From a virus (taxonomy: Duplodnaviria > Caudoviricetes), in IMG/VR virus record IMGVR_UViG_3300021124_000001: DNA of 64,000 nt, one strand, 5' to 3'. The notes beneath the pieces are model-generated. The model saw nothing but the letters and a program-made list of their open reading frames with translations, was not told the DNA's origin and did not search any database. Both the position numbers and the translations under genes were made by a program. This document shows positions 45,317 to 56,288 of the stretch, piece by piece. Position 1 is the first letter of the stretch. Each line of letters starts with the position of its first letter.

Positions 45317-46155
45317 TAATTGGTGCGTTTAAGAACTATAACTTTGAAACAATCAAACCTTGGATTCAATCAATCAATGAATGTGGTTTCAAAGGTGACA
45401 AAGTAATTGTCTCTATTGGTTCTTCAAAAGAGACCAACGATAAAATAGCACAAGCCGGTTTCACCGTAATCAGTGCGCCAAGTCAAGCTCGTATGGGCTT
45501 TCACATGGAGAGATTCTTACACATCTATAACTTCCTTCAAGCACAAGGAATCAATTATCGATATGTAATCACAACTGATGTGCGTGATGTGATCTTTCAA
45601 AAAGACCCAAGTGAATGGATCGAAAAAAACATCGGTGATAACGAGATGATTGCCGTGTCTGAGTCTATCAAAATCAAAAACGAACACTGGAACAGACAAA
45701 ACATCATCAATGCTTTTGGTGGTTACTTCTATGAAGGTGTACAAGACCAAGATGTTTATAATGTAGGAACACTTGCAGGTACATCCACATACATCAAAGA
45801 TTTGTGTGGCATGTTATATCAATTATCTGCTAATCGTCCAGATTGGGTTGCTGACCAAGCCGCATACAACATTCTACTAAACTGGCAACCATACAAAGAC
45901 AAAACCAAATTTGTCGGCCTGTCTGATGGTTGGTCGTGCAACTTACATATCACCCACAAACCCGATGAAAAGGAACATTTCAAGTCTTTCATTCTTCAAC
46001 CTGTTCCGGTGTTTGAAGATGGTGTGGTGCGAGATGGAACAACCGATGAACTTTTCTGTATTGTCCACCAGTATGACCGAGATCCTGTGATGTCGAAATT
46101 CTACAAAGACAAATATAAGGTAGAAGATGTCATCACTTTTAGGACAGACGTATGA
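45301..46155 (+). CDS. GT-A fold glycosyltransferase-like protein
   Basis: ERF, TDVRDVIFQ.DP, YNVG...G, DQA.YN, HQYDR. Confidence 0.7.
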   Translation: MEKDLIIGAFKNYNFETIKPWIQSINECGFKGDKVIVSIGSSKETNDKIAQAGFTVISAPSQARMGFHMERFLHIYNFLQAQGINYRYVITTDVRDVIFQKDPSEWIEKNIGDNEMIAVSESIKIKNEHWNRQNIINAFGGYFYEGVQDQDVYNVGTLAGTSTYIKDLCGMLYQLSANRPDWVADQAAYNILLNWQPYKDKTKFVGLSDGWSCNLHITHKPDEKEHFKSFILQPVPVFEDGVVRDGTTDELFCIVHQYDRDPVMSKFYKDKYKVEDVITFRTDV

Positions 46156-46907
46156 AAATGATTAATGATTTTGATTGGGATTATCTCAGATTTAAATTTG
46201 AGTCTGCCAAACCATTTCACCATGTTGTAATCGATAATTTTTTCAAAGAAGAATTTGCACAGGCCATTGCCCAAGAAATTCCTGGTTATGACGCCGAAGT
46301 GGATGCAAAGTATGACAATGCTATTGAGAAGAAAAGAACAGTACAAAACTGGACCAAATTCTCTAAGAATGTTTACAAAGCAATGTCAGCTTTGGTTGAC
46401 CAAGAATTCACGAGTCTTTTGAGATACATAACTAATCAACCTGATTTGGTTGCAGACTTTGGTCTTCATGGTGGTGGTATGCATTTACATCAATCTGGTG
46501 ACTATTTGAATGTACACTTGGATTATGATGTTCACCCAAAGATGGACATGAAACGTAAATTAAACATCATCATTTATTTGAACCCTGAATGGCAGGCATC
46601 TTGGGGTGGCAACTTAGGTCTTTGGTCGCATGATGAAGAAACGAATCAACCTAAAGAACTAGGATCTTCAATTATTCCAATCTTCAATAGAGCAGTTTTA
46701 TTTGATACGACACAAAACTCTTGGCATGGTGTGACTGAGGGTATCTTTTGTCCTGAAGGCCAGTACAGAAAGAGTCTCGCACTATATTATCTCATTCCAA
46801 CAGAAGACCTAGATAACAAGAGACAGAAAGCATTGTTTGTTCCAAGGAAAGAACAAAAAGGCGATAAAGAAATTGAAAAATTGATTAAGACAAGATCGGG
46901 ATATTGA
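46152..46907 (+). CDS. 2OG-Fe(II) oxygenase
   Basis: PF.H.VIDNF, GGGMH, HLD, WGGNL, FNRAV.F, SWHG, RKS. Confidence 0.85.
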   Translation: MKMINDFDWDYLRFKFESAKPFHHVVIDNFFKEEFAQAIAQEIPGYDAEVDAKYDNAIEKKRTVQNWTKFSKNVYKAMSALVDQEFTSLLRYITNQPDLVADFGLHGGGMHLHQSGDYLNVHLDYDVHPKMDMKRKLNIIIYLNPEWQASWGGNLGLWSHDEETNQPKELGSSIIPIFNRAVLFDTTQNSWHGVTEGIFCPEGQYRKSLALYYLIPTEDLDNKRQKALFVPRKEQKGDKEIEKLIKTRSGY

Positions 46908-46908
46908 T

Positions 46909-47721
46909 ATGGGTAATATTACCATTGTGACTGCATTTTATGACATTGGCCGTGGTGATTGGACACCAGATAAAGGCCTTCCACACTATCTACAAAGAAC
47001 TACAGACACCTACATTGAAAGATTTACACATCTAACTAAACTAGATAATGAAATTGTTGTAGTGACAACGCCAGACATTGGTAAAAGACTAAAAGAAATT
47101 AGTGATAAGGTTAAAATTGTCGAATATGATCCTTTCAATGCCTTTTCAACACACCTCAGTAAAATCATTACTATCCAAGAAGGTGTATCTTACAAACAAA
47201 TGATTCATCCGAGTCAAGTAAGAAACCCCGAATATTGGAGCCAAAAATATGTTTTAGTGAATCTCTTAAAATCACACTTTGTTAATTTGGCAATCAATCA
47301 AGGTTTGGTTACTAACGATTTGGTTGCATGGTTGGACTTTGGTTACTGTAGGGATGAAAATACACTTCCAAAAAGTCTTACTTGGTCTTATGATTTTGAT
47401 GCAACTAAGATTCATTTGTTTGCTTACAAAGATTTGAATCCAAAAATAACACTACAACAAATTATATCCACAAACGATGTTCATATCTTAGGTGCAAAAA
47501 TTGTAGCACATAAGAAACTATGGCCAGTCATGGAAAGTAAGATGTTTAATTCTTTTGATTTGTTGTACATGAACGGACTAATGGATGATGACCAAACTAT
47601 GATGTTGATTTGTGCTACAGAAAATCCTGATCTATTTGAGCAACACAGAATACCGGATCACCAGCTAGGACTTGATCCTTTTGTCATTTTTAAAAACTTC
47701 AATAATGCGGAGAAACTATGA
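46909..47721 (+). CDS. HtrL/YibB (WlaTC-like) glycosyltransferase
   Basis: TIVTAFYDIGR, AWLDFGY, DDDQ. Confidence 0.75.
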   Translation: MGNITIVTAFYDIGRGDWTPDKGLPHYLQRTTDTYIERFTHLTKLDNEIVVVTTPDIGKRLKEISDKVKIVEYDPFNAFSTHLSKIITIQEGVSYKQMIHPSQVRNPEYWSQKYVLVNLLKSHFVNLAINQGLVTNDLVAWLDFGYCRDENTLPKSLTWSYDFDATKIHLFAYKDLNPKITLQQIISTNDVHILGAKIVAHKKLWPVMESKMFNSFDLLYMNGLMDDDQTMMLICATENPDLFEQHRIPDHQLGLDPFVIFKNFNNAEKL

Positions 47722-48278
47722 GCGATACTATTACATTTAACACCGCCACGCAACAATTTTACGGCATGAAAAAGAGTTCAGGCCATGGTTTAGGTGAACT
47801 TGTTAAAACTATGAACGAACCTTTTGTTGTTGAAATTGGATGTTCCGAGGGTGACACAACAGAATGGCTACTACAGTGTAATCCAGGTTTGAAGATTGTC
47901 TCTATCGACCCATACGCAAACTATTTGGATTGGAATGGTAACTACCTGAATGATCGTCAAGAGTTTTATGAAAAAACTATGCGCCGGTTGGCTCCTTATG
48001 GTGACCGGTTTGAAATGATTAGAGACTATTCTGATAATGTTCACGGTGAGTTCGAGGACAACTCCCTAGACCTGTTATTCATCGATGGATTACACACATA
48101 TGAACAAGTTCTGATTGACTGTTTTAACTATTATTCCAAGGTTAAGCCTGGAGGCGTATTCTCAGGTCATGATTTCAGAGTTATTCCTGGTGTGAACAAA
48201 GCCGTGAAAGAATTTGCTTCCTCAGTCGGTAAAGAGATTCTGGAAACAGAATGTGATGTCTGGTATTGGTACAAATAA
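47718..48278 (+). CDS. Class I SAM-dependent methyltransferase (Methyltransf_24-like)
   Basis: VEIG...G, SIDPY, DLLFIDG.H.YE, KPGG...GHD. Confidence 0.85.
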   Translation: MSDTITFNTATQQFYGMKKSSGHGLGELVKTMNEPFVVEIGCSEGDTTEWLLQCNPGLKIVSIDPYANYLDWNGNYLNDRQEFYEKTMRRLAPYGDRFEMIRDYSDNVHGEFEDNSLDLLFIDGLHTYEQVLIDCFNYYSKVKPGGVFSGHDFRVIPGVNKAVKEFASSVGKEILETECDVWYWYK

Positions 48279-48937
48279 TGAGCAACTTGTTCATTGTAAC
48301 TTCAGCCATCAATTCCTTTCGAAGTGTCATACCGCTAGACAAAAGATATGAACAAACACTAGAGACTATTGAATCGGTCAGAACTAAAGTTCCTGATTCG
48401 ATCATTTTGCTGGCAGAATCTTCTCCTAATCCTGTTCCAGAAAATATATTACAGGATTTGTCAAAAAAAGTGGATTATTTATTGATAAACTCTAACATTC
48501 CTGATATAATTCAATTAGGTAAACAGGGTTTACAAAGTCCAGCGGAAGCATATAGCCTAGCATTTACACTAGACGTTGTGGAGAATCTCCTACCGGAGGT
48601 TAAAAGAATATTTAAGGTTACAGGTAGAGGTTCTCTGACGGATGATTTTCATATCGAAGATCATGCAATAGAAGGAAAATACGTTTTTAAAAGACGAGTT
48701 GATTCGTGGATATCAAAGGATATTCAACTGGTCGACACTAGAATTTTCTCTTTCTGTGGGTCTCTGATTCCAGAAACCAAGGAAATGATGAGGCGTATCG
48801 TAAATCACAGCTTACAGACTGGCCGAGACTTGGAACATTGTGTTTTTGAGTTAATGGACAAAGAAAAACTGGAAGAACGAGATGTCATGGGTTTCAAATG
48901 CCAAATTTCTTCTACAGGCTTCATGCAATTTGACTGA
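48278..48937 (+). CDS. Hypothetical protein in glycosylation cluster
   Basis: FIVTSAI, R..QT..TI.S, FKVTGR. Confidence 0.6.
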   Translation: MSNLFIVTSAINSFRSVIPLDKRYEQTLETIESVRTKVPDSIILLAESSPNPVPENILQDLSKKVDYLLINSNIPDIIQLGKQGLQSPAEAYSLAFTLDVVENLLPEVKRIFKVTGRGSLTDDFHIEDHAIEGKYVFKRRVDSWISKDIQLVDTRIFSFCGSLIPETKEMMRRIVNHSLQTGRDLEHCVFELMDKEKLEERDVMGFKCQISSTGFMQFD

Positions 48938-48990
48938 CTATGTATCGGAGCCAAACTTTCCAAACTAAAAAGGTATAAACCGAAAAGTTA

Positions 48991-48998
48991 TATAAATA
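48991..48998 (+). promoter_or_regulatory. T4 late promoter TATAAATA
   Basis: Perfect consensus heading the internal-protein cluster. Confidence 0.75.
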
Positions 48999-49041
48999 CT
49001 ATCATGGCAATCATAGTGTATTGCAATGTCTAAGGAAAACA

Positions 49042-50226
49042 ATGAAAAGTTTTAAGTCTTTTCTAAAAGAAGATTCTAGCCCACAAGAAGGGGCAAAACT
49101 AAAACATATCCACCACGCTGAGGATCGTCCTCTGTTCCATGGTGCTGCCGGCTTTGAACACGCTAAAGGTGCTCTGATGCAAGCACACAACCACATCAAG
49201 TCTGGTGGAAACAGTTCAGCCCTGACAATGAAATATGATGGTTCTCCTTCTTTAGTATACGGACACCATCCAGAGACTGGCAAATTCTTTGTGGCTTCAA
49301 AGTCTGCATTCAATAAGACACCAAAAATCAATTACACCCATGCAGATATCGAGAAAAATCATGGCCATGCACCAGGTTTAATGGACAAACTACATGCCGC
49401 ATTAAATCACCTACCTAAAGTTGTGCCAAAGACTGGTGTTTACCAGGGTGATATAATGCACTCAAAAGATGATGTGGAACACAAACCAGGCGGAAAAGCA
49501 TCTTTTACACCTAACACTATAACTTACACGGCAAGAGGTGATGAGGCCGATAAGGTTAAAAAATCTAAAATTGGTATCGTAACACACACTCAGTACCATG
49601 GAGATGATGCTTCCTCAATGACTGCGGATCCACATCCAGACTTACATAACTTCAAACAACATCCTGATGTCTGGCAGAAATCTCCAAACCACGACACCCG
49701 AGAACTTCACTATAGTGATGCCGCACAAAGTGAATTTATGAAACACATGAAGGCCGCACAGGATATACACAACAAAAATCCTGAAATGTATGACCACATA
49801 CATCCTCAACATGCTGGAGAAGCAGGCCATTTAGCCACTTATATAAATCACACCGTTCGTACAGGTGAGGAACCTAGCGTTGAAGGATTGAAAAAGCACA
49901 TTGCAGATAAGACAGGCAAAGAAATAGCAAAACTTAAAACACCAGCGGCTAAAGGAAAGAAACAAGCTATTGCTAAAGGCCATTCAGAGTGGATCGACAG
50001 CAACAAAAAGCATTATGCAAATCTGTTAAAGATGCATAGCCATTTACAAAAGGCTAAAAATGTATTGGTTGACACACTACAACAACATGAGGGTGGACTA
50101 GAGCACCACATTGATGGAAAGAGAACTGGTCCTGAAGGCTTTGTTGTCAACCACGCAGGTGAACCAACAAAACTAGTTAATCGTGCCGAGTTTGCTCGTG
50201 CTAACCTATTGAAGGTAAGAAAATGA
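49042..50226 (+). CDS. His-rich protein with ligase-like nucleotidyltransferase motifs and capsid-targeting N-terminus
   Basis: MKSFKSFLKE; KYDG, QGD, EGFVV, KLVNR. Confidence 0.6.
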   Translation: MKSFKSFLKEDSSPQEGAKLKHIHHAEDRPLFHGAAGFEHAKGALMQAHNHIKSGGNSSALTMKYDGSPSLVYGHHPETGKFFVASKSAFNKTPKINYTHADIEKNHGHAPGLMDKLHAALNHLPKVVPKTGVYQGDIMHSKDDVEHKPGGKASFTPNTITYTARGDEADKVKKSKIGIVTHTQYHGDDASSMTADPHPDLHNFKQHPDVWQKSPNHDTRELHYSDAAQSEFMKHMKAAQDIHNKNPEMYDHIHPQHAGEAGHLATYINHTVRTGEEPSVEGLKKHIADKTGKEIAKLKTPAAKGKKQAIAKGHSEWIDSNKKHYANLLKMHSHLQKAKNVLVDTLQQHEGGLEHHIDGKRTGPEGFVVNHAGEPTKLVNRAEFARANLLKVRK

Positions 50227-51575
50227 AAAGATTTTCAGTATACGTTACAGAAAACTTTGGTGATGACCAAGACTTTGGTAGCCAAAAACCATATCATTCA
50301 TACAAAACAGATGATGGCCATAAAATTGATGTGCATGTTATCAATCGTGTTGGTGGTAAATCTGCAATATTTCACAATAAAAATTTAAACGCAGTCACCA
50401 AAGTTGTTCACTGGGGGCTAAACGCAGATGAGCCTAGCAAAGACGATTTACAAAATATAGGTCATGATATCGAGGAAGAACACCAGAGATTGCTGGAGAA
50501 ATTTTCGGCCGGTGAGGATATAACTCCAGATACTGCTGGCAAAATAGCTGAACATTCAACAGCTAAACATCTGATAGATATTATGCACAAGGGTGCTGGT
50601 ACACACGGATCACCAGAACATAAAAAGGATATTCAACCACACGTTGATGCAATCAATAGGTTGTCTCAAGGTATCAAAAAAGAACATATCGACACTAGAA
50701 TAGAACATGGCCGTGCTGCCGCCCAGGCTATACATGAGGCAATTCGTCAGAAGCATGGAGAAGGTGCTATAATTTCTAATATTGGCCACACTTCAAAATC
50801 TGGCGATATTGGAAGATTTACAAAAGGTAAACACAACGACAGTCAAGAGAATCCTTCGGATGTTTCAGTTGAAGTGGCACATTCCCACCACGCTACAGAA
50901 CCTGATGAAAAGCATTATGAGGGTTACTCACTGAAATCTTCCAGTAAATCTAGTGTCATTACAGCTAAAAATCCATCTATCCATATGGATGGAATTTTGG
51001 ATCATCCAAGAAGAAAACTAGACACAGATTCAGTTTCTAGAACGGGTTTGGGTAAAGTACATTCTATGTTAGGTGTTGGTCACTTAAAGCAAGCAGAAAG
51101 AAAAAAATACCTAGATGATTTTCGTAAAAAAGAAGGTGTAAAGTCTGATTCCTCACTTGAAGGTGCAACGAATGAATTGGCTAGACCTGTAAAAACAGAT
51201 GTGGCTAAAGAATTACACGACCATTTGGATTTCTTAACGAAACAAAGCGATGGTCATGAAAAAATTGGTCATATGTTAAAAAAACATTTGACCGCTGATA
51301 CAAGTATGCCTTGGGCTAAAGTGCACGTTAAAGGTGATACACCAAGTAAGGTCCATGCCGCTGTAACATCAGGAAGTGATTCACCACTAAATAAAATATT
51401 CAGTGATCGAAATACAAAATATGCGGCAACTAGAAACGGGGATAGAGTGACGGTACATAAAAAAGAAAAAGATGGTTCAATGACACCAATTGCACATTAT
51501 TCACCTAAAACCAAATCTAATGCCTTTAAAGAAAACGTTCATGGATGGAATGTTATGCCTGCAAAGATCCACTAA
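50223..51575 (+). CDS. His-rich hypothetical protein, possible PD-(D/E)xK fold
   Basis: MKRFSVYVTE; NPSDV ... GYSLK. Confidence 0.5.
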   Translation: MKRFSVYVTENFGDDQDFGSQKPYHSYKTDDGHKIDVHVINRVGGKSAIFHNKNLNAVTKVVHWGLNADEPSKDDLQNIGHDIEEEHQRLLEKFSAGEDITPDTAGKIAEHSTAKHLIDIMHKGAGTHGSPEHKKDIQPHVDAINRLSQGIKKEHIDTRIEHGRAAAQAIHEAIRQKHGEGAIISNIGHTSKSGDIGRFTKGKHNDSQENPSDVSVEVAHSHHATEPDEKHYEGYSLKSSSKSSVITAKNPSIHMDGILDHPRRKLDTDSVSRTGLGKVHSMLGVGHLKQAERKKYLDDFRKKEGVKSDSSLEGATNELARPVKTDVAKELHDHLDFLTKQSDGHEKIGHMLKKHLTADTSMPWAKVHVKGDTPSKVHAAVTSGSDSPLNKIFSDRNTKYAATRNGDRVTVHKKEKDGSMTPIAHYSPKTKSNAFKENVHGWNVMPAKIH

Positions 51576-51576
51576 A

Positions 51577-53400
51577 ATGAAATCATTTAAACAACTAATT
51601 GTCGAAAATAAAGAAGATTCCAAACCGGTGGTTATGGCTTTTGGCCGAATGAATCCACCAACAACAGGTCACATGAAGTTGATCGATAAGGTGCGTGATA
51701 TTGCAGATAGAGAAAATGCTCCACATGCGGTTATAGTTTCTCATTCACAAGATTCCAAAAAGAATCCACTTAGTGCACAACAGAAATTAAAACATTTGCG
51801 CCGTTATTCACCCGGCACACATTTTATTGGTTCTTCTTCCGCACAGCCAACATTATTGCATCATGCGGCTGAATTACACAAAATGGGACACAGACACCTT
51901 ATTATGGTTGCAGGTTCAGATCGTGTCAAGGAATATCACGACCTATTAAACAAATATAATGGTGTTGAAGGTAGACACGGTAAATACAACTTCAACAAGA
52001 TAGAAGTTCGATCTGCTGGACACCGTGATCCAGATGCTGAAGGCTCAGAAGGTATGTCTGGCACTAAAATGCGTCAACACGCACAACACAAAGATTTTTC
52101 ATCATTTAGACAAGGTGTGCCAAGTCACGTTTCTGATGAACATGCTAAAGAGCTTATGCATGACGTTCGAAAGGGAATGGGTTTACATGAATCGGCCAAT
52201 CATGGTTACCACAAAGCAATTTTCGTCACTGGTGGTCCAGGATCAGGCAAAGATGTTGTTATTCGTGAATGTATCGCAGAACAAAACGTGATGGAATTCA
52301 ACTTCACTCAAGTTATGGATGTATTGAATGATAAACATAAGTTAGCAATGCGTTCTATGAATCCACGTACAGAATCAATTCGCACTGGCAAACCTTTGAT
52401 TATTAATGGTCCAGCAGATGACAGTGAAAAGATTGCACACATCAAAGAAGAATTAGAAGAACTTGGATACAAGACAATGATGGTTTTTGTGGACACCACC
52501 GATGTTGTAAGTAAAGAACGTAATACTCTACTATCCAGAATGATGGCAGAGTCCATTCGCCATGACCGTTGGAACAAAGCACAAAATAATATCAACCTAT
52601 TCACAAATTTATTTACAAATTTTGTCCGTTTTGACAATACAGGTGATTTGGAAAATAACATAGATAATATCACAGAAACATATCAGATTACAACTCAATT
52701 CTTAGATAACAGTATAAAAGAAAATAACAGATTCTTATCGTTATATGAATCAAAACAAGGAGCCAAGGCTATTCAGAAAGCCAATCTTGCTTCTAAAGGT
52801 TTCAAAGTATTGAAAGACAACAATAGTCCTATCATGCAATTTCAAGCCAAGTTAGGCAAGAGAGATGATGTTAGAGATGGTGACATCAAAATGAATGGTG
52901 GTTACTCTAAGATTGGTGGACAGGCTTTCTCATATGCAGAAGATTCTGAGCCTAAACTCATTAAGATGCCTGAACCAAAAGAAGCTAACTTTAATAAAGA
53001 TGCAGATAAGATTCGTTTAAAGAAATTTGGTGATCGTTCACTGAAAGCTGGTCGTATTGGCAACACAGATGGTGTTGGTTCAACTTTCGATACAAGAGGA
53101 AGTACTCCAGCCGCTGGCGCAGGCTTGGGTGACCAAGGAACATATAGAGAATCTACAGAATATAGCAATGATGATGTTGCAGACTTCTCAGCCAAACCAA
53201 GAGGTGTTAGTCCTAATCCATTGGCTGAGAAGAAGAAGTTGAAAAAGTTTAAGGAATCAATCTTCGATTTCGGTCAAGGAGATTCTGGTGTAAGTGGCAC
53301 TCTTGGTGGTGCTGGAAATAAGGAAGACTTTGTTAAGCCAATTGAAAAGTTTGGCCAATCAGGTATCACAATCAAAAAGAAAAAAACAGGAGCAAAATAA
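51577..53400 (+). CDS. HIGH-type nucleotidyltransferase fused to a P-loop kinase
   Basis: MKSFKQLIVE; FGRMNPPTTGH, KNPL, GSDRV, SAG.RDPD, MSGTKMR; then GGPGSGK. Confidence 0.8.
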   Translation: MKSFKQLIVENKEDSKPVVMAFGRMNPPTTGHMKLIDKVRDIADRENAPHAVIVSHSQDSKKNPLSAQQKLKHLRRYSPGTHFIGSSSAQPTLLHHAAELHKMGHRHLIMVAGSDRVKEYHDLLNKYNGVEGRHGKYNFNKIEVRSAGHRDPDAEGSEGMSGTKMRQHAQHKDFSSFRQGVPSHVSDEHAKELMHDVRKGMGLHESANHGYHKAIFVTGGPGSGKDVVIRECIAEQNVMEFNFTQVMDVLNDKHKLAMRSMNPRTESIRTGKPLIINGPADDSEKIAHIKEELEELGYKTMMVFVDTTDVVSKERNTLLSRMMAESIRHDRWNKAQNNINLFTNLFTNFVRFDNTGDLENNIDNITETYQITTQFLDNSIKENNRFLSLYESKQGAKAIQKANLASKGFKVLKDNNSPIMQFQAKLGKRDDVRDGDIKMNGGYSKIGGQAFSYAEDSEPKLIKMPEPKEANFNKDADKIRLKKFGDRSLKAGRIGNTDGVGSTFDTRGSTPAAGAGLGDQGTYRESTEYSNDDVADFSAKPRGVSPNPLAEKKKLKKFKESIFDFGQGDSGVSGTLGGAGNKEDFVKPIEKFGQSGITIKKKKTGAK

Positions 53401-54500
53401 TGTTTACCAAATCATCAGTATCACAAGCACTTATCGATGCTACAAGAGCAATCATGGAAGCAGATGACAAGAAAAAGATGCTTTTGGAGCCAGAATTAGA
53501 TGAGACTGGTTTCCACAAGGCAGCACATGCGGCTAAAAGAGCAAATCAATCTCACTTTGAATTTCAAGGTAAGAAATATCCAGTGACTGCAAAGCACCAC
53601 TCTGAAGGTATGGTTCCTCCAGAAAAAATTGGTGGCCAAATTGCAAAGAAAAAAGATGACAAGGCAGCGGCATCTGGTCATCCAGCAGATGTGCGTGAGG
53701 AAGATGAGAAGGATAGTCCATTCAACTGGAAAGGAAAGCCTAGCCAGATACCTAAGAAGCCTGGTGCTTTAACTGGTCACGATTCTAAGAAGACTTCTAC
53801 AGGTACAGTGTTTACCAAGAAATTCAAGAAAGACAAAGAAGAAGTTAAAGAAGAAGCACATCCAGACGAGAAAGAAGACAAAGCTCTTGTTAAGAAGATG
53901 GTTAAAACTTCCGCTTTGAAAAAGGAAGAAAGTGATTGCGTAACACCACCACAAGCAAAGAAAATTGCTCACAAAGAAGTTGGTAAACATGAAAAAGAAA
54001 TGCACAAAGAGGAAGAAGAACGCCATATGACTAGTGGTGAAAAAGAAAAGCGTGAAAAGATTGTCAAGTCTATGAAAAAAGGTTTGGCAGGCTTCAAATC
54101 ACGCTATGGTGATCGTGCTAAGAATGTGATGTATGCAACTGCTACAAAACAAGCAATGAAACATGAAAATCTAGGCGGCATCAGTACAATGAGTGAAGAA
54201 GATGATGTTCGCATTGAGCCTGACGAAAACATGAAGACTAAGACTGTTGATACATTGGCAGGTCGTGTTAAAGTTGGTGCCGATTATCACAATAAAGCTA
54301 AGTCATATAAAGTTAAGTTGAATGTGGAAGAACAAAATGTTGCAGAAGGTAAAGGTACTGATGTTGATCCTAATTTTGTTACAAATGAATCCACACCATT
54401 GAAAATGGCTAAAGAATTGGCTAAGAAATCTTTTGGTAAAATCCGTAAAGAAATGCTTGGACCAGCTGGTGGAACCACAGAGGAAAAGAAAAAATGGTAA
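53400..54500 (+). CDS. K/E-rich low-complexity protein, probable internal head protein
   Basis: Many V/L/I-x-E sites; VMYATATK motif. Confidence 0.55.
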   Translation: MFTKSSVSQALIDATRAIMEADDKKKMLLEPELDETGFHKAAHAAKRANQSHFEFQGKKYPVTAKHHSEGMVPPEKIGGQIAKKKDDKAAASGHPADVREEDEKDSPFNWKGKPSQIPKKPGALTGHDSKKTSTGTVFTKKFKKDKEEVKEEAHPDEKEDKALVKKMVKTSALKKEESDCVTPPQAKKIAHKEVGKHEKEMHKEEEERHMTSGEKEKREKIVKSMKKGLAGFKSRYGDRAKNVMYATATKQAMKHENLGGISTMSEEDDVRIEPDENMKTKTVDTLAGRVKVGADYHNKAKSYKVKLNVEEQNVAEGKGTDVDPNFVTNESTPLKMAKELAKKSFGKIRKEMLGPAGGTTEEKKKW

Positions 54501-55537
54501 GCAAAGCTAAAGAATTGGTGAAGGGCATTGTAAAAAATGCCGCACCAAAGTCTACTTACGCCACTGATCCCAACGATCCATGGTCTGCAAAGGCCGGGAT
54601 CGCTGAGAACGTGACTTCACGCCGTGCAGACTTATTAAAAAAGTTCTACAAGGCTAAAGGTTACAACATCGATTATGTTTCCAAAAATCAACGTGTTGGT
54701 CAAGCAAAGACTGGTGAGTTTGATAAATGGAAGGCAGATCATGGCATTTATGAAGAAGATACTATCGATGAGGGTGTAACTTATGAGCCTGCATCCGGTA
54801 AACCTTCTAAAACGAGTGCGGGACACACACTTGTTGGTCACTCATGGCATTCAGATGGCACTAAACACGCCAATATTATGAAGCATGGTGAAACAGGTAA
54901 ATACTTTGCGGCTGGTGGAAGTTCTTCACATCCAACCAAGACTACCACATTTCATGATTCACCTGAAGAGGCTGCGAAAAGTAAGAAGATGTCTGTCGAA
55001 GAAGAAACTGCTCCAATTGCAGTTAAGAAGGTTCGCTCACACACTGCTGATTCTCCTACAGCTAAGAGAACACACCAATTAAATAAAGCCTCAACAATTG
55101 GAACAATAAAACCTGTTCATTTTCCAAACTCCAGTGGTTTGAGAAAAGAGGATAATATTAATGATCCACAATGTGCTACACAATCTCCTTTTGATGGTGG
55201 AACTACACCAGATGATGTTGCACCAAAGAAATCTAAGGCTGGTAAAATGGTCAAAGAAATCTATGCTAAACGTAGACTGAAAGAAGACTTGTATGACCAC
55301 GAAAAGGACGATAAAGGTCCTGGTACATCCAGTAAGCAACCAAAGGTCATCAAAAAGGTTGAAGTCAATGATGATAATGAAAAGGGAACAAATGCACGTA
55401 TGGTTCTGAAGGGTGGAACCACACTAACAGGTGAAAAGCGAGACACTATTGAAATCGATCCTATGTTGAAAAATCGTAGTAAGACCGCCGATTATTTGGA
55501 CCAAGACCCTAAGAAGCAACAGCTAAGAACAAAATAA
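54494..55537 (+). CDS. K/E-rich protein, probable internal head protein
   Basis: Many I/L/V-x-E sites; GG.TLTGE.RD.IEIDP. Confidence 0.55.
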   Translation: MVSKAKELVKGIVKNAAPKSTYATDPNDPWSAKAGIAENVTSRRADLLKKFYKAKGYNIDYVSKNQRVGQAKTGEFDKWKADHGIYEEDTIDEGVTYEPASGKPSKTSAGHTLVGHSWHSDGTKHANIMKHGETGKYFAAGGSSSHPTKTTTFHDSPEEAAKSKKMSVEEETAPIAVKKVRSHTADSPTAKRTHQLNKASTIGTIKPVHFPNSSGLRKEDNINDPQCATQSPFDGGTTPDDVAPKKSKAGKMVKEIYAKRRLKEDLYDHEKDDKGPGTSSKQPKVIKKVEVNDDNEKGTNARMVLKGGTTLTGEKRDTIEIDPMLKNRSKTADYLDQDPKKQQLRTK

Positions 55538-55578
55538 CAATAAATAGGTAGATTACCTTACACATCAAGGAGAAAAAA

Positions 55579-56283
55579 ATGTCCTCATGGGGAAAATTAG
55601 ACGCAAGCAACAATGCACCTAAATGGGCAACTGCTCGTGTTAACGTTAGACAAAATGCTAACAACACTGCAAACTTATTCAACAACACTACAGCCAACTA
55701 TTGGGCATCTACATTGGCTGATGGTTCCGTAAGAAACAATAACGTTACTATTGGTCTTTTCAACGTTGATAATCAAGAAGAACAAGTTACTGAAGCAACA
55801 TCAGCAACTACAGGTCGCCCACCACACTCTGGTTGGGTTCTAAAAACCACAGGTTCCGGCGGCCGTGCTGGTAGAATCACACAAGAAACCTTGGTTTGCT
55901 TGAATTCTACTATTGGTGATGCTGACGGTCAAATTTACGCCAACGTTCAAATCACTTTGGTTACTTCTGGTTCACAGACTGTAAACTCCAACACATCATT
56001 CACCAACGTTGCATCATTTGTTGTTACTCCAACATTGGTTGGAAATACAGCGGCTGCCTTGACATACAACTGGCAATACAACAACTCAACCGGTTCTTAT
56101 GGTTGGGCAACTATTCCAGCAAACACAACAAGTATCCACTTCTCTGGAAACAATACTTCTACGTTGTATGCAATGCCTGGTACTACCGCAAACAACACGA
56201 ACGTGTTCCGTGTGGTTGTAACTGCCGCAGACGAAGGTGTGGTTGCTACATCAGCCAACGTTACTCTAAACGTTCCTGCTTAA
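55579..56283 (+). CDS. Virion structural protein with Ig-like C-terminal domain
   Basis: PHSGWV..GRAGR...ETLV; LTYNWQ ... FRVVVT; late promoter AATAAATA and own terminator. Confidence 0.7.
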   Translation: MSSWGKLDASNNAPKWATARVNVRQNANNTANLFNNTTANYWASTLADGSVRNNNVTIGLFNVDNQEEQVTEATSATTGRPPHSGWVLKTTGSGGRAGRITQETLVCLNSTIGDADGQIYANVQITLVTSGSQTVNSNTSFTNVASFVVTPTLVGNTAAALTYNWQYNNSTGSYGWATIPANTTSIHFSGNNTSTLYAMPGTTANNTNVFRVVVTAADEGVVATSANVTLNVPA

Positions 56284-56288
56284 ACAAT

